From NCBI GenBank assembly GCA_963793105.1, contig CAWBZB010000015.1:6168-70167 (forward strand): a DNA stretch of 64,000 bases. The letters are read 5' to 3'. Both the position numbers and the translations under genes were made by a program. How positions within the stretch are numbered: position 1 is the first letter of the stretch; each line of letters starts with the position of its first letter. Of the stretch, positions 56,685-64,000 are shown piece by piece. The DNA is from an uncultured bacterium. GTDB taxonomy: Bacteria > Actinomycetota > Actinomycetes > S36-B12. The notes below the pieces were generated by a model that was given only the letters and a program-made list of their open reading frames with translations, was not told where the DNA came from and did not search any database.

Positions 56685-57827
56685 CTAGCCGCGAAGCGGC
56701 AGTCGGCCTCCTCGCGTGAGCGCGAGCCAGCGGGCGAGGTCGCGGGCCTCCCGGTAGGTCAGCCGCGCATCCCCTCGATGCGCGTGCCGCCACGTGCGCC
56801 GCACGCTCAGCAGTTCCGCGGCCAGTCGCGGATCCGTCTGGATCGCGCCCATGATCGTCCGCGACAGGTTCGTGGTCGTCGTTGGGGCGGGGCCTGAACC
56901 AGGGGCCGGCAGCGGCTCGCCCGCCCGGATGGCGCGCAGCGCGGGCAGGAGCGGGTACCCGAGCCGGTGCTGGTAGGCGTGCCACACGTTGGGCCGCAGG
57001 TCCACCTCGAACACCGCGTGCGTCCCGTTCGGGCGCCTTATGGCGGACAGGTTGCCGAACCAGCGACCGCCCAGCGCCGCGGCGATGCGGTCGAGGTCGG
57101 CAAGCAGGCGGCGATCGGTCAGCGGGACGAACTGCCGCGTCACCGAGACCCCGTAGGGGCCGAGCGACCGGAGCACGCGGGAGTAGGGGGCGGTGGCGAC
57201 CCGGCCGTCACTGACGAGGATGTCGATGGACACCAGGAACCCGTCGACGAGTTCCTCGACGAGGTAGGGCCCCTCGTTCCCGCGTCGCGGCACCACCACG
57301 TCGCCGGGAGATCGCAGCACTGTGGTGCCGGCGCCCGCGCCGCTGCGGTCCGCCTTGACGATCACCGGGTACCCGAGGGTCGCGGCTGCGTGCGGCAGGT
57401 CCCCGGGGGAGGGGGCCACCGTCCAGCGGGGCTGGTCGACGCCGAGGTCGCGCAGGAGTGCGGCCATCCCGGTCTTGGTGCCGACGGCGTCGAGGTGCGC
57501 GGCGGGTACCGGCAGCAGGGCCAGTGCACGCGGGTGGTGCTCGGCGGCCGCGAGCACGTCCCAGACGTCTGCATCGGAGCCGAGGATCACCCAGTCGCCG
57601 GGTCCGACCGAGTCGGCGATCGTCGCGAGGATGGCGTGCCGCTGCTCGAGGTCGTCGGGCAGCGTGGCGCATCGGCGGGGGTGGCGGCTGTAGCCCAGGC
57701 GGCTCCCCGGAGCCGACCACACGTCGACGGTGAGGCCGGCGGCGGTCAACATCGGCAGGAGGCGAGCAACGGCGGACGGGTGCGGGGAAATGACGACAAC
57801 GCGGTCGACGCCGGCGCCCGTGGTCAT
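56685..57827 (-). CDS. ATP-grasp domain ligase
   Basis: Last 380 codons of ORF 56685..58922 from ATG 57827. GYPVIVKADRSGAGAG, YLVEELVDG and FEVDLRPN are typical ATP-grasp motifs. Confidence 0.8.
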   Translation of the reverse strand: MTTGAGVDRVVVISPHPSAVARLLPMLTAAGLTVDVWSAPGSRLGYSRHPRRCATLPDDLEQRHAILATIADSVGPGDWVILGSDADVWDVLAAAEHHPRALALLPVPAAHLDAVGTKTGMAALLRDLGVDQPRWTVAPSPGDLPHAAATLGYPVIVKADRSGAGAGTTVLRSPGDVVVPRRGNEGPYLVEELVDGFLVSIDILVSDGRVATAPYSRVLRSLGPYGVSVTRQFVPLTDRRLLADLDRIAAALGGRWFGNLSAIRRPNGTHAVFEVDLRPNVWHAYQHRLGYPLLPALRAIRAGEPLPAPGSGPAPTTTTNLSRTIMGAIQTDPRLAAELLSVRRTWRHAHRGDARLTYREARDLARWLALTRGGRLPLRG

Positions 57828-57859
57828 GACGTTGGACGATATCCGGCGGCGTCCACGGA

Positions 57860-58604
57860 CTACAGCAGCCCGAGCCGCGCTGGCCCGCGCGACGGCCTCC
57901 TGCCTCGTGGAAACGCCGAGGACCCTCAGGGCCCGCTGGAGGTCGGCCTTGACGGTGTCGCGGGAGCACCCGAGCTCCAGGGCGATCGACGCGTTGCCGA
58001 GCCCCCGTTCGACGCCCTGCAGGATGCTCGCCTGCCGTGGGGTGAGGGCGAGCCCGGGGCTCCAGGATCGCGGGAGGTCGGGGGGCGCTGGCCGGCTCGG
58101 GTGCGTCAACCACAGTCCCAGGGCGGCCGACAGGCCGAGCAGGGCCGGCTGGGCGTCGACGGATGCGGCGGCGGGGTCGGCGGCGAGGAAGCCGTAGGCC
58201 CCGACGGCCGTGCCGTCGAGCGCGATCGGGACGCTCATGAGCACCCCGTCGGGCAGGTCCGCGAGCAGCGAGGTCCACATCCCGGCATCGATCTCGAGCA
58301 GCGGGTACTCGTCCAGCAGTGTGCGCAGCGACGTGGCCACCGGCATTCCCTGCTGCACGGCGAGCACGAAGGGCAGGTGGCCGCGCATCGGGATCGCCCG
58401 GTACCGGGCAAGCTCGTCGGTCGGGTAGCCGTCGCTCGCCAGCGTGAGCAGTTCGTCGCCGACCAGGCGCACGATGCTGCCGGCGGTCGCCCCGAAGGCG
58501 GCGAGCGGACCGTGCACGAGCGCGGGGACGACGATCGCCGGGGAGGGTAGGGAGGCGAGGAGGCGCAGGAACGGGCCGAGCGCCGGCAGGTGGAGGCCGG
58601 TCAC
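57860..58604 (-). pseudogene. GAF-like + LuxR-type HTH regulator, paralogue 1; frame change near 57885 removes the stop
   Basis: GTG 58604 overlaps the paralogue-2 stop (GTGA). A one-base correction gives the typical C-terminus ARLGLL followed by TAG at 57860-57862. As written it reads through into the ATP-grasp gene. Confidence 0.7.
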
Positions 58605-59338
58605 GAGGGGAGCTGCCCGAGGGCGGTGGCCCGTTCGATCGCCGAGGCGCGCGTGGCGACGCCCAGGGCGGCGTAGATGCGGCGCAGCTCCGCCTTCACC
58701 GTCGAGTCCGAGATCGAGAGGGCGGCGGCGATGGCGGTGTTGGACCTCCCGGCCGCCACCATGCCCAGGATGTCGACCTGCCGGGCTGTCAGCGACCCTG
58801 CGACGACGTCCGGAGCGAGGTCGGCCGCGGGACCCGGGTGGCTCAGCCACAGGCCCAGGGCGGCGCCGTACGCCTCGAGCCCGGCGATCTCCGTGGTGCT
58901 CCACTGCCGTTCGTCGCGGCAACTGAATCCGAAGGCGCCGATCGCGCGGCCCTGCAGCACGATGGGCGCGGTCACCAGCGACCCGTACCCCTCACTGGCA
59001 ATGGCCCGGTCCCAGAGGTCGTCGTCCCGCTCGAGCCCGGCATTCTCCGGCAGCACCTCCAGGGCACCGGAGATGATGACGGCCTGCTCGCGGAAGGCCC
59101 GCGTCATCGGGTAGTCGCCGGCGTTGGGCATCACCCGGTAGGGCTCGACCATCTCGGCCGGGTATCCGTAGTCCCCGACGATCACCTGGTCTCTGCTCAC
59201 CGCGGTGCTGAGGACGCCGGCGTGCGCGCCGAACTCGGCCAGCGGCCCCGTGACCAGGGCGGTGATCACCGTCGTCGGGTCCGGCCGGGTGCCGAGCAGG
59301 AGCAGGATCTCGGCGATCCCCGCCCGGTCGCCGCTCAT
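58601..59338 (-). CDS. GAF-like + LuxR-type HTH regulator, paralogue 2
   Basis: ORF 58601..59338. C-terminal LTARQVDILGMVAAGRSNTAIAAALSISDSTVKAELRRIY. Confidence 0.8.
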   Translation of the reverse strand: MSGDRAGIAEILLLLGTRPDPTTVITALVTGPLAEFGAHAGVLSTAVSRDQVIVGDYGYPAEMVEPYRVMPNAGDYPMTRAFREQAVIISGALEVLPENAGLERDDDLWDRAIASEGYGSLVTAPIVLQGRAIGAFGFSCRDERQWSTTEIAGLEAYGAALGLWLSHPGPAADLAPDVVAGSLTARQVDILGMVAAGRSNTAIAAALSISDSTVKAELRRIYAALGVATRASAIERATALGQLPS

Positions 59339-60117
59339 CGGGCCAGCTCCGCGGCCTGCTGCGCGTCGTCGAGGAGTCCGAGCGCTCGCGCCCGCGCGAC
59401 GGCGACGTCGCGGTCATCGGTGCGCAGCATCCGCATGATCTGGCCCAGGTCGGTCTTGACGGTGGATGCCGAGTAGCGAAGGAGGTGGGCGATCAGCTCG
59501 GTCGGCAGGCCCTGCTCGACCATCAGCAGGATGAGCTCCTGACGGTGGGTGAGGGCGACGGGTGTCTCGTCGGACTGGACGGCCGTCGGCGTGACCTTGA
59601 CCCGTCGCGGGTGCGTCAGCCACAGGCCGAGGGCCGCACCGATCGCGAGAAGCGCGGTCTCGTCGGCGTCGGTCCAGTCGACCTTGCGGTCGCAGATGAA
59701 TCCGTATGCGCCGACGACGCGCCCGTCGTACCGGATCGGCACGTTGCCGATGGACTCTGCCCCGAGCCGCTCGACGATCGCCTGCCACAGCGCCTCGTCG
59801 AGGGCGGCCGCGCGGTAGTCGCGCGCGTTGGTGGCCGCCTCGGCGGGCTGGAACGAGTCGTCCCGGGCGGCCCGGGTGATCGCGAAGTCGAGGCGTAGCG
59901 GGATCCGGCCGTGCCGGGAGGTCTCGTCCGCGGTGTGCCCGTACATGGCCAGCCGGTCCAGGTGATCGCCGTCGATCAGCTTCCAGATCCCGCCGGCGCG
60001 CGCGCCGTAGTGGCTCAGCGGTCCGTGCACCAGGGCAGCGAGGGTGCCTTCCGGGGCGGGCAGGGTCGACAGGTACTGCAGCCATGACGACTGTCCGGGC
60101 AACGCTGCGGACGGCAT
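59335..60117 (-). CDS. GAF-like + LuxR-type HTH regulator, paralogue 3
   Basis: ORF 59335..60555 from ATG 60117 after GGAGGTGGAGG. C-terminal LTHRQELILLMVEQGLPTELIAHLLRYSASTVKTDL. Confidence 0.8.
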   Translation of the reverse strand: MPSAALPGQSSWLQYLSTLPAPEGTLAALVHGPLSHYGARAGGIWKLIDGDHLDRLAMYGHTADETSRHGRIPLRLDFAITRAARDDSFQPAEAATNARDYRAAALDEALWQAIVERLGAESIGNVPIRYDGRVVGAYGFICDRKVDWTDADETALLAIGAALGLWLTHPRRVKVTPTAVQSDETPVALTHRQELILLMVEQGLPTELIAHLLRYSASTVKTDLGQIMRMLRTDDRDVAVARARALGLLDDAQQAAELAR

Positions 60118-60437
60118 CGCCTCCACCTCCCCCGAGGTCCCCCGCCTGCGCAGATGCAGGACGTGATGCTCACCGTATCTCCCAGTTGCGCCATCGGCCC
60201 GGGGATCCGCGCGAGCGGCGCCGTGGCGGGTATGACCAGGGCATGGTCGCCATGGCGTCGACCGGGGAACGGGCGCGTGAACTAATGGCTCCCGGCACCG
60301 GATACGCGCGGTGCCGCGCGCGCCGATGGGGGTGCTGCAGCCGAGCGGGGGACGGCTCCAGCGCCCCCGTTCGGTCTGGACGGTCACACCGCCCGCTGGG
60401 CCGGTCATGAGGCAGTCGTGCGGCGGACACTGGAAGC

Positions 60438-61487
60438 ATGAGGCGGGTTCCCGCGGTCGCGACGGCACTCCTGGTGGTTCTTGCGTTGGCGGGCTGCACC
60501 GCGCAGGCGGTCGTCCTTCCCCCCGCAGAGCCCGTCCCGGCACCGTCGGCGGCAACCGGGGATGCGGACCCCTTCGTGACGGGCCTGACGGTGCCGTGGG
60601 CGATCGGCGGCATGCGCATCGAGCGGGACGGCCGGCTGCGCTACTTCGCGGGGGAGTGGCCCACCGTGCCCGTCGCCGCGCTGCGGCTGTGGGACACCCG
60701 CACGGCCTGGCTCAACATCGAGCCCGCGGACGACCGGTGGGACTTCGCCCGGCTGGATGCCTTCGTCGACAAGGCGATCGCGCGCGGCACGACGGACATC
60801 TCCCTGACCCTGGCCGGGACACCGAAGTGGGCTGCCACCACGGTGTCCGACTCGGACGCTCCCTGGCTCGGCCCGGGCTCGGCCTCGCCGCCGAGGCGGA
60901 CCGCCGAGTGGCGGGAGTTCGTCACGAAGGTGGCCACCCGGTACCGCGGCCGGATCACCTCCTACGAGATCGGCAACGAGCCGAACCTCAGGGCCTTCTG
61001 GAGCGGCACGCCGGGCCAGTACGGGACGTTCGTGCGCACCGCCGCCGAGGCGATCCGCGCGGCCGATCCGCAGGCGGTCATCGTCGCCGCGGTGGGGCTG
61101 GTGCGCGGCCGGAAGGACCTCGACGGCCTGGCCCCGTGGATCGACGCGGCGACCTCCAGCTTCGAGGTGGACGCCGTCTCCGTGCACGTCTACCCCAAGG
61201 CGTCGGCGATGGACGCCGCGCCGACGCTGCTTGCGGGCGTGCGGCGGCACGTCGCTGCCGGGGCGCCGGAGGAGAAGCACCTGTGGGCCACCGAGGTGAA
61301 CGTCCACGGCGGCAGCGACCTGTCCAGGTGGCGGCAGGAGTCGGCGGTCCTGGACCTGACGGAGTCGGCCGAGGCGGCGGGGTTCTCCCGCGTCTACTGG
61401 TACGCGTGGACGGACCTCGGCCCGGAGGACCTGATCCAGCTGGCGCCCGGGACGCCCGGCGCCGGGGCGCTGGCCGCGATCAGCTGA
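60438..61487 (+). CDS. clan GH-A TIM-barrel glycoside-hydrolase-like lipoprotein
   Basis: ORF 60438..61487. Lipobox LALAGC. YEIGNEPN (acid/base Glu) and WATEVN (nucleophile Glu). Confidence 0.7.
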   Translation: MRRVPAVATALLVVLALAGCTAQAVVLPPAEPVPAPSAATGDADPFVTGLTVPWAIGGMRIERDGRLRYFAGEWPTVPVAALRLWDTRTAWLNIEPADDRWDFARLDAFVDKAIARGTTDISLTLAGTPKWAATTVSDSDAPWLGPGSASPPRRTAEWREFVTKVATRYRGRITSYEIGNEPNLRAFWSGTPGQYGTFVRTAAEAIRAADPQAVIVAAVGLVRGRKDLDGLAPWIDAATSSFEVDAVSVHVYPKASAMDAAPTLLAGVRRHVAAGAPEEKHLWATEVNVHGGSDLSRWRQESAVLDLTESAEAAGFSRVYWYAWTDLGPEDLIQLAPGTPGAGALAAIS

Positions 61488-63420
61488 GCCGGATGGGCCG
61501 GATGCCCACCGTCACCGTGCCGCCGGAGATCGGCGAGCACCGGCCGTCCATGTCGCACTGCTGCGACAGCCCGGCGGGCACCCGAACGTCGACAGGCTCC
61601 CCGGAGGACGAGTACGCCAGGGCGTAGCGGGACGCACCCCGCGCGAACCCGCACACCACGGCCGGCCCGTCGGAGCCGCAGGACGTGAGCGAGGCGCCGA
61701 CGAGCTGGTCGTGGGTCCACTTCCACGCGGCGATCGTCTCGGGCGTGCCGGGGTTCGTCTGGATGCCGAGGAGCCGGTAGTAGCCGGCGAACCACAGGTA
61801 CCAGTCCACCTGCTCGACGCCGTAGCGGGCGGCGTCGATGAAGGTCTGGGCCAGGTACCCCTGGGCCTGCGCCCCGTTGATCTCCCGTCGGGTCTCGTCG
61901 AGGCCGCCGAGGCCGTAGTTGATCTCGGTGTCCCAGATCGGCTTGGTCGGGGCCTTGGCCAGGGCCAGCATCTCCTTGAACAGGGCGATGGACTGGGCGC
62001 GCTGCTCCGGCCCGCCGGCGGCCCGGGGGTAGGTGTGGAAGGTGTAGCCGTCGACCGGCCAGCCCCGCTCGGCCAGCCGGACGAGGTACTCGCTGAAGAA
62101 CGGATACACCGCGGTCCCGGTGCGCATGGTGGTCGACGGGGTGAGCACGAGGGACGACAGGCCGCGGTCCTTCACGGCGGAGTGGACGATCTCGGTCATG
62201 TCGACGAGGTCGGCCAGGGACTCGGAGACCTTGACGAACAGGTTCGGCTCGTTCCACACCTCGTAGGCGTCGATCCGGTTCCCGTACCGCGACACGACCG
62301 CGTTCACGTACCTGCGGAACTCGGCGATGTCGCTCGGCGGGTAGGCCGGGCTCGGCCCGGCCCAGCCGGGGGTGTCCCCGAACACATACGTGACCTTCTT
62401 GCCGTTCGCCTCGGCGTAGGCGACGGCGTCGTCGATCCACTTCCAGTAGTAGATGCCGCGGTTCTGCTCCAGGGGCTCCCACCCCGTCTTGGCGTCCCAC
62501 AGGCGCAGCCACTCGTACTGCATCTCCGGCAGCGGCCCGCCCACGTCGGGCACGTGCAGGCCGAAGAAGGACGGCGGGATCGCCGCGCCGGCCGGGGCGT
62601 CCAGCACGGCCGTCGTGGACCACGGCCGCGCGGCCGTGCCCGGGGCGAGGAAGGGGTTGCCGGTCTCGGTGGCGGGCACCGGGTTGATGCGGTTCAGGGG
62701 CTTGACGCTCACCCGCCCGGAGCACGAGTCGACCTTGGCCTGCATCGCGGCCGCCGCCGAAGGCTCCACGGACAGTCCCCAGGACGCGAGGATCGACGTG
62801 ACCCCGGCGATCTCGCCGCAGGTGGGCCTCCAGGACCGCTGCGTGGTGAGGTCGGTGACCTGCGCGGTCAGGCGGGCGTTGGACTGCAGGACGTAGCCGC
62901 ACCCCGCGCCGGAGCGCCCGCCGCTGCCGATCGCGCACTCCCGCGGCGCCTTCTGGTACCAGCGAAGGAACGAGCGGCGCTGGGCGTTCGACCAGCCGTA
63001 GGCACCCTGGTTCCACGCCGTCTTGGCGGAGACCAGCGGCACGACGTCGACGCGCGAGGCGCCGCGGACGGTGCGCCTGCCCCCGTCGACGAGCCAGGAC
63101 CCGCCGGTCAGCCTGCACCCGGCGCCCACCCGGGGCTTCGACGAGGCGCTGGCGATGAGCACCCGCTCGCGCTTGAGGCAGCCGCGGGAGTCCTTGCGGT
63201 TCACCGGCGGCACCGCGAAGGAGGCGTAGGTGTAGCCGTTGTCGATCTGGGGGACCACGGGCAGGCGGTCGAGGACGGTGGCGATGTCGGCGCGGGCGCG
63301 ATCGATGCCGGGGGAGAGGGGCTGAGGGGCGGCCACTGCCGCCGAACCCAGGGCCCCGATCGTCATGGCCGCCAGTGCCAGGCCGATGGGCACGGTCGTT
63401 CCCCAGCGGGCAGTTCGCAT
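61480..63420 (-). CDS. secreted two-domain protein: degenerate DUF1524/HNH-nuclease-like N-domain plus clan GH-A TIM-barrel domain
   Basis: ORF 61480..63786 from ATG 63420 after GGGGGAAG. Signal peptide. VDVVPLVSAKTAWNQGAYGW resembles the DUF1524 core but lacks the His. YEVWNEPN and WDTEINYG are present. Confidence 0.65.
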   Translation of the reverse strand: MRTARWGTTVPIGLALAAMTIGALGSAAVAAPQPLSPGIDRARADIATVLDRLPVVPQIDNGYTYASFAVPPVNRKDSRGCLKRERVLIASASSKPRVGAGCRLTGGSWLVDGGRRTVRGASRVDVVPLVSAKTAWNQGAYGWSNAQRRSFLRWYQKAPRECAIGSGGRSGAGCGYVLQSNARLTAQVTDLTTQRSWRPTCGEIAGVTSILASWGLSVEPSAAAAMQAKVDSCSGRVSVKPLNRINPVPATETGNPFLAPGTAARPWSTTAVLDAPAGAAIPPSFFGLHVPDVGGPLPEMQYEWLRLWDAKTGWEPLEQNRGIYYWKWIDDAVAYAEANGKKVTYVFGDTPGWAGPSPAYPPSDIAEFRRYVNAVVSRYGNRIDAYEVWNEPNLFVKVSESLADLVDMTEIVHSAVKDRGLSSLVLTPSTTMRTGTAVYPFFSEYLVRLAERGWPVDGYTFHTYPRAAGGPEQRAQSIALFKEMLALAKAPTKPIWDTEINYGLGGLDETRREINGAQAQGYLAQTFIDAARYGVEQVDWYLWFAGYYRLLGIQTNPGTPETIAAWKWTHDQLVGASLTSCGSDGPAVVCGFARGASRYALAYSSSGEPVDVRVPAGLSQQCDMDGRCSPISGGTVTVGIRPIRLS

Positions 63421-63446
63421 GCTTCCCCCGTCGATTCCTCGGTCGT

Positions 63447-64000
63447 TCAGACCTCTTGGCGCTGCTGGAATGCGTCGAACTCGGCCTGGAGCTCGTCCAG
63501 GTTCTTCACCAGGTCCCAGTCGCCACTGGACACCTGCTTCTCGGTGACCGTGGAGACATCGGCGGGGGCGACGCCGAGTGAGTCGAAGACCCGGGCGCAG
63601 GTGCCGGGAACGTCGCCGACGAGCTGGTCGTAGTGCACGTCCAGGTAGTTCGGCCCGGCGAAGCGGAGCGCGAAGTAGGCATCGGCCCGGTACATGTCGT
63701 CGAAGAAGGCCCGGGCGCGGTCCGGTTCGATCTCGAACGGCTCCACGGTGGCCCGGGACTGAGGGTCGTGCGACCAGTTGACCCACTGCCGGCTGCGGGT
63801 CGCGAACTCCAGGGAGATCAGGACGCTGAGGTAGTCATCGCGCCGCATGTGCAGGAGATGGGCGGTGGGGTAGTGCGCCCGAATGCGCCTGAAGAGGTGC
63901 GTCGCGCCGCCGGTGGACACGTGGTCAGCGAAGATCTTGACGCCCACGACGTCCACCTCGCGGCCCAGGTAGTCGGTACGCACGCCGAAGACGTGCTCGT
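63447..64000 (-). CDS. Stf0-like sulfotransferase family protein, 5-prime end outside window
   Basis: ORF 63447..63983 stays open to the window edge. The general Stf0-type layout is present (...LHMRRDDYLSVLISLEFA ... YLDVHYDQLVGD). Confidence 0.55.
   Translation of the reverse strand, partial: EHVFGVRTDYLGREVDVVGVKIFADHVSTGGATHLFRRIRAHYPTAHLLHMRRDDYLSVLISLEFATRSRQWVNWSHDPQSRATVEPFEIEPDRARAFFDDMYRADAYFALRFAGPNYLDVHYDQLVGDVPGTCARVFDSLGVAPADVSTVTEKQVSSGDWDLVKNLDELQAEFDAFQQRQEV

Noticed and set aside
56685-58922. 745-aa ORF that appears to fuse a LuxR regulator to the ATP-grasp protein.
   Set aside because: A one-base correction near 57885 restores a typical LuxR C-terminus (ARLGLL) with a TAG stop, 33 nt before the ATP-grasp ATG. 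The N-terminal roughly 105 codons overlap paralogue 2 out of frame.
53425-60117. Ordinary lasso-peptide cluster.
   Set aside because: I looked for an asparagine-synthetase-like cyclase (SGGxDS-type PP-loop ORF of about 550-650 aa) on both strands and found none in the window. P1-P3 have no Thr at -2 followed by a core with Asp/Glu at positions 7-9.
63447-64000. Sulfotransferase as part of the RiPP-like cluster (sulfotransferases accompany some kinase-containing lasso clusters).
   Set aside because: It is separated from the cluster by more than 3 kb holding two exported GH-like genes, and it lies beyond the regulator triplet. No positional evidence of linkage.

Overview
High-GC actinobacterial chromosomal segment (about 70% G+C by eye, with strong G/C bias at codon position 3). 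It carries roughly 70 genes on both strands. All calls come from reading the six-frame translations and the DNA. No database search was possible, and internal start codons are inferred.

Core content: M20 amidohydrolase, GCS2 carboxylate-amine ligase, GH13 alpha-glucosidase, truncated haemoglobin GlbO, MscS channel, prolyl oligopeptidase, amidase, MalQ, aminopeptidase N (broken), Nei glycosylase, Moco oxidoreductase with cytochrome b, DipZ, a membrane PAS-GGDEF sensor, tRNA-Gly(UCC), a GT4/methyltransferase/prenyltransferase-like operon, an FTR1-type iron permease, an L,D-transpeptidase, and tRNA-Pro(UGG)-tig-clpP1-clpP2.

Accessory block: the tig-clpP neighbourhood is interrupted, and then followed, by a glycosyltransferase/ABC-exporter block (43.2-52.1 kb). 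No clpX follows clpP2.

Most interesting locus (53.4-60.1 kb): a RiPP-like cluster. It has three small ORFs that share a W-x-(A/S)-P-x-V leader-like motif, a PqqD/RRE protein, an HprK-like kinase, a lasso-B2-type transglutaminase-like peptidase, a PhyH-like dioxygenase and an ATP-grasp ligase. No asparagine-synthetase-like lasso cyclase is present. Three tandem, translationally coupled GAF-LuxR regulators sit upstream. Several genes of this cluster need many frame corrections.

Two window-wide themes:
- Many conserved genes need single-base frame corrections, which means either indel errors in the assembly or real pseudogenes.
- A family of long GC-rich palindromic intergenic repeats recurs, built around GAGTGGCCAGTTGTTGC.

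No rRNA, CRISPR array, transposase or integrase was seen.
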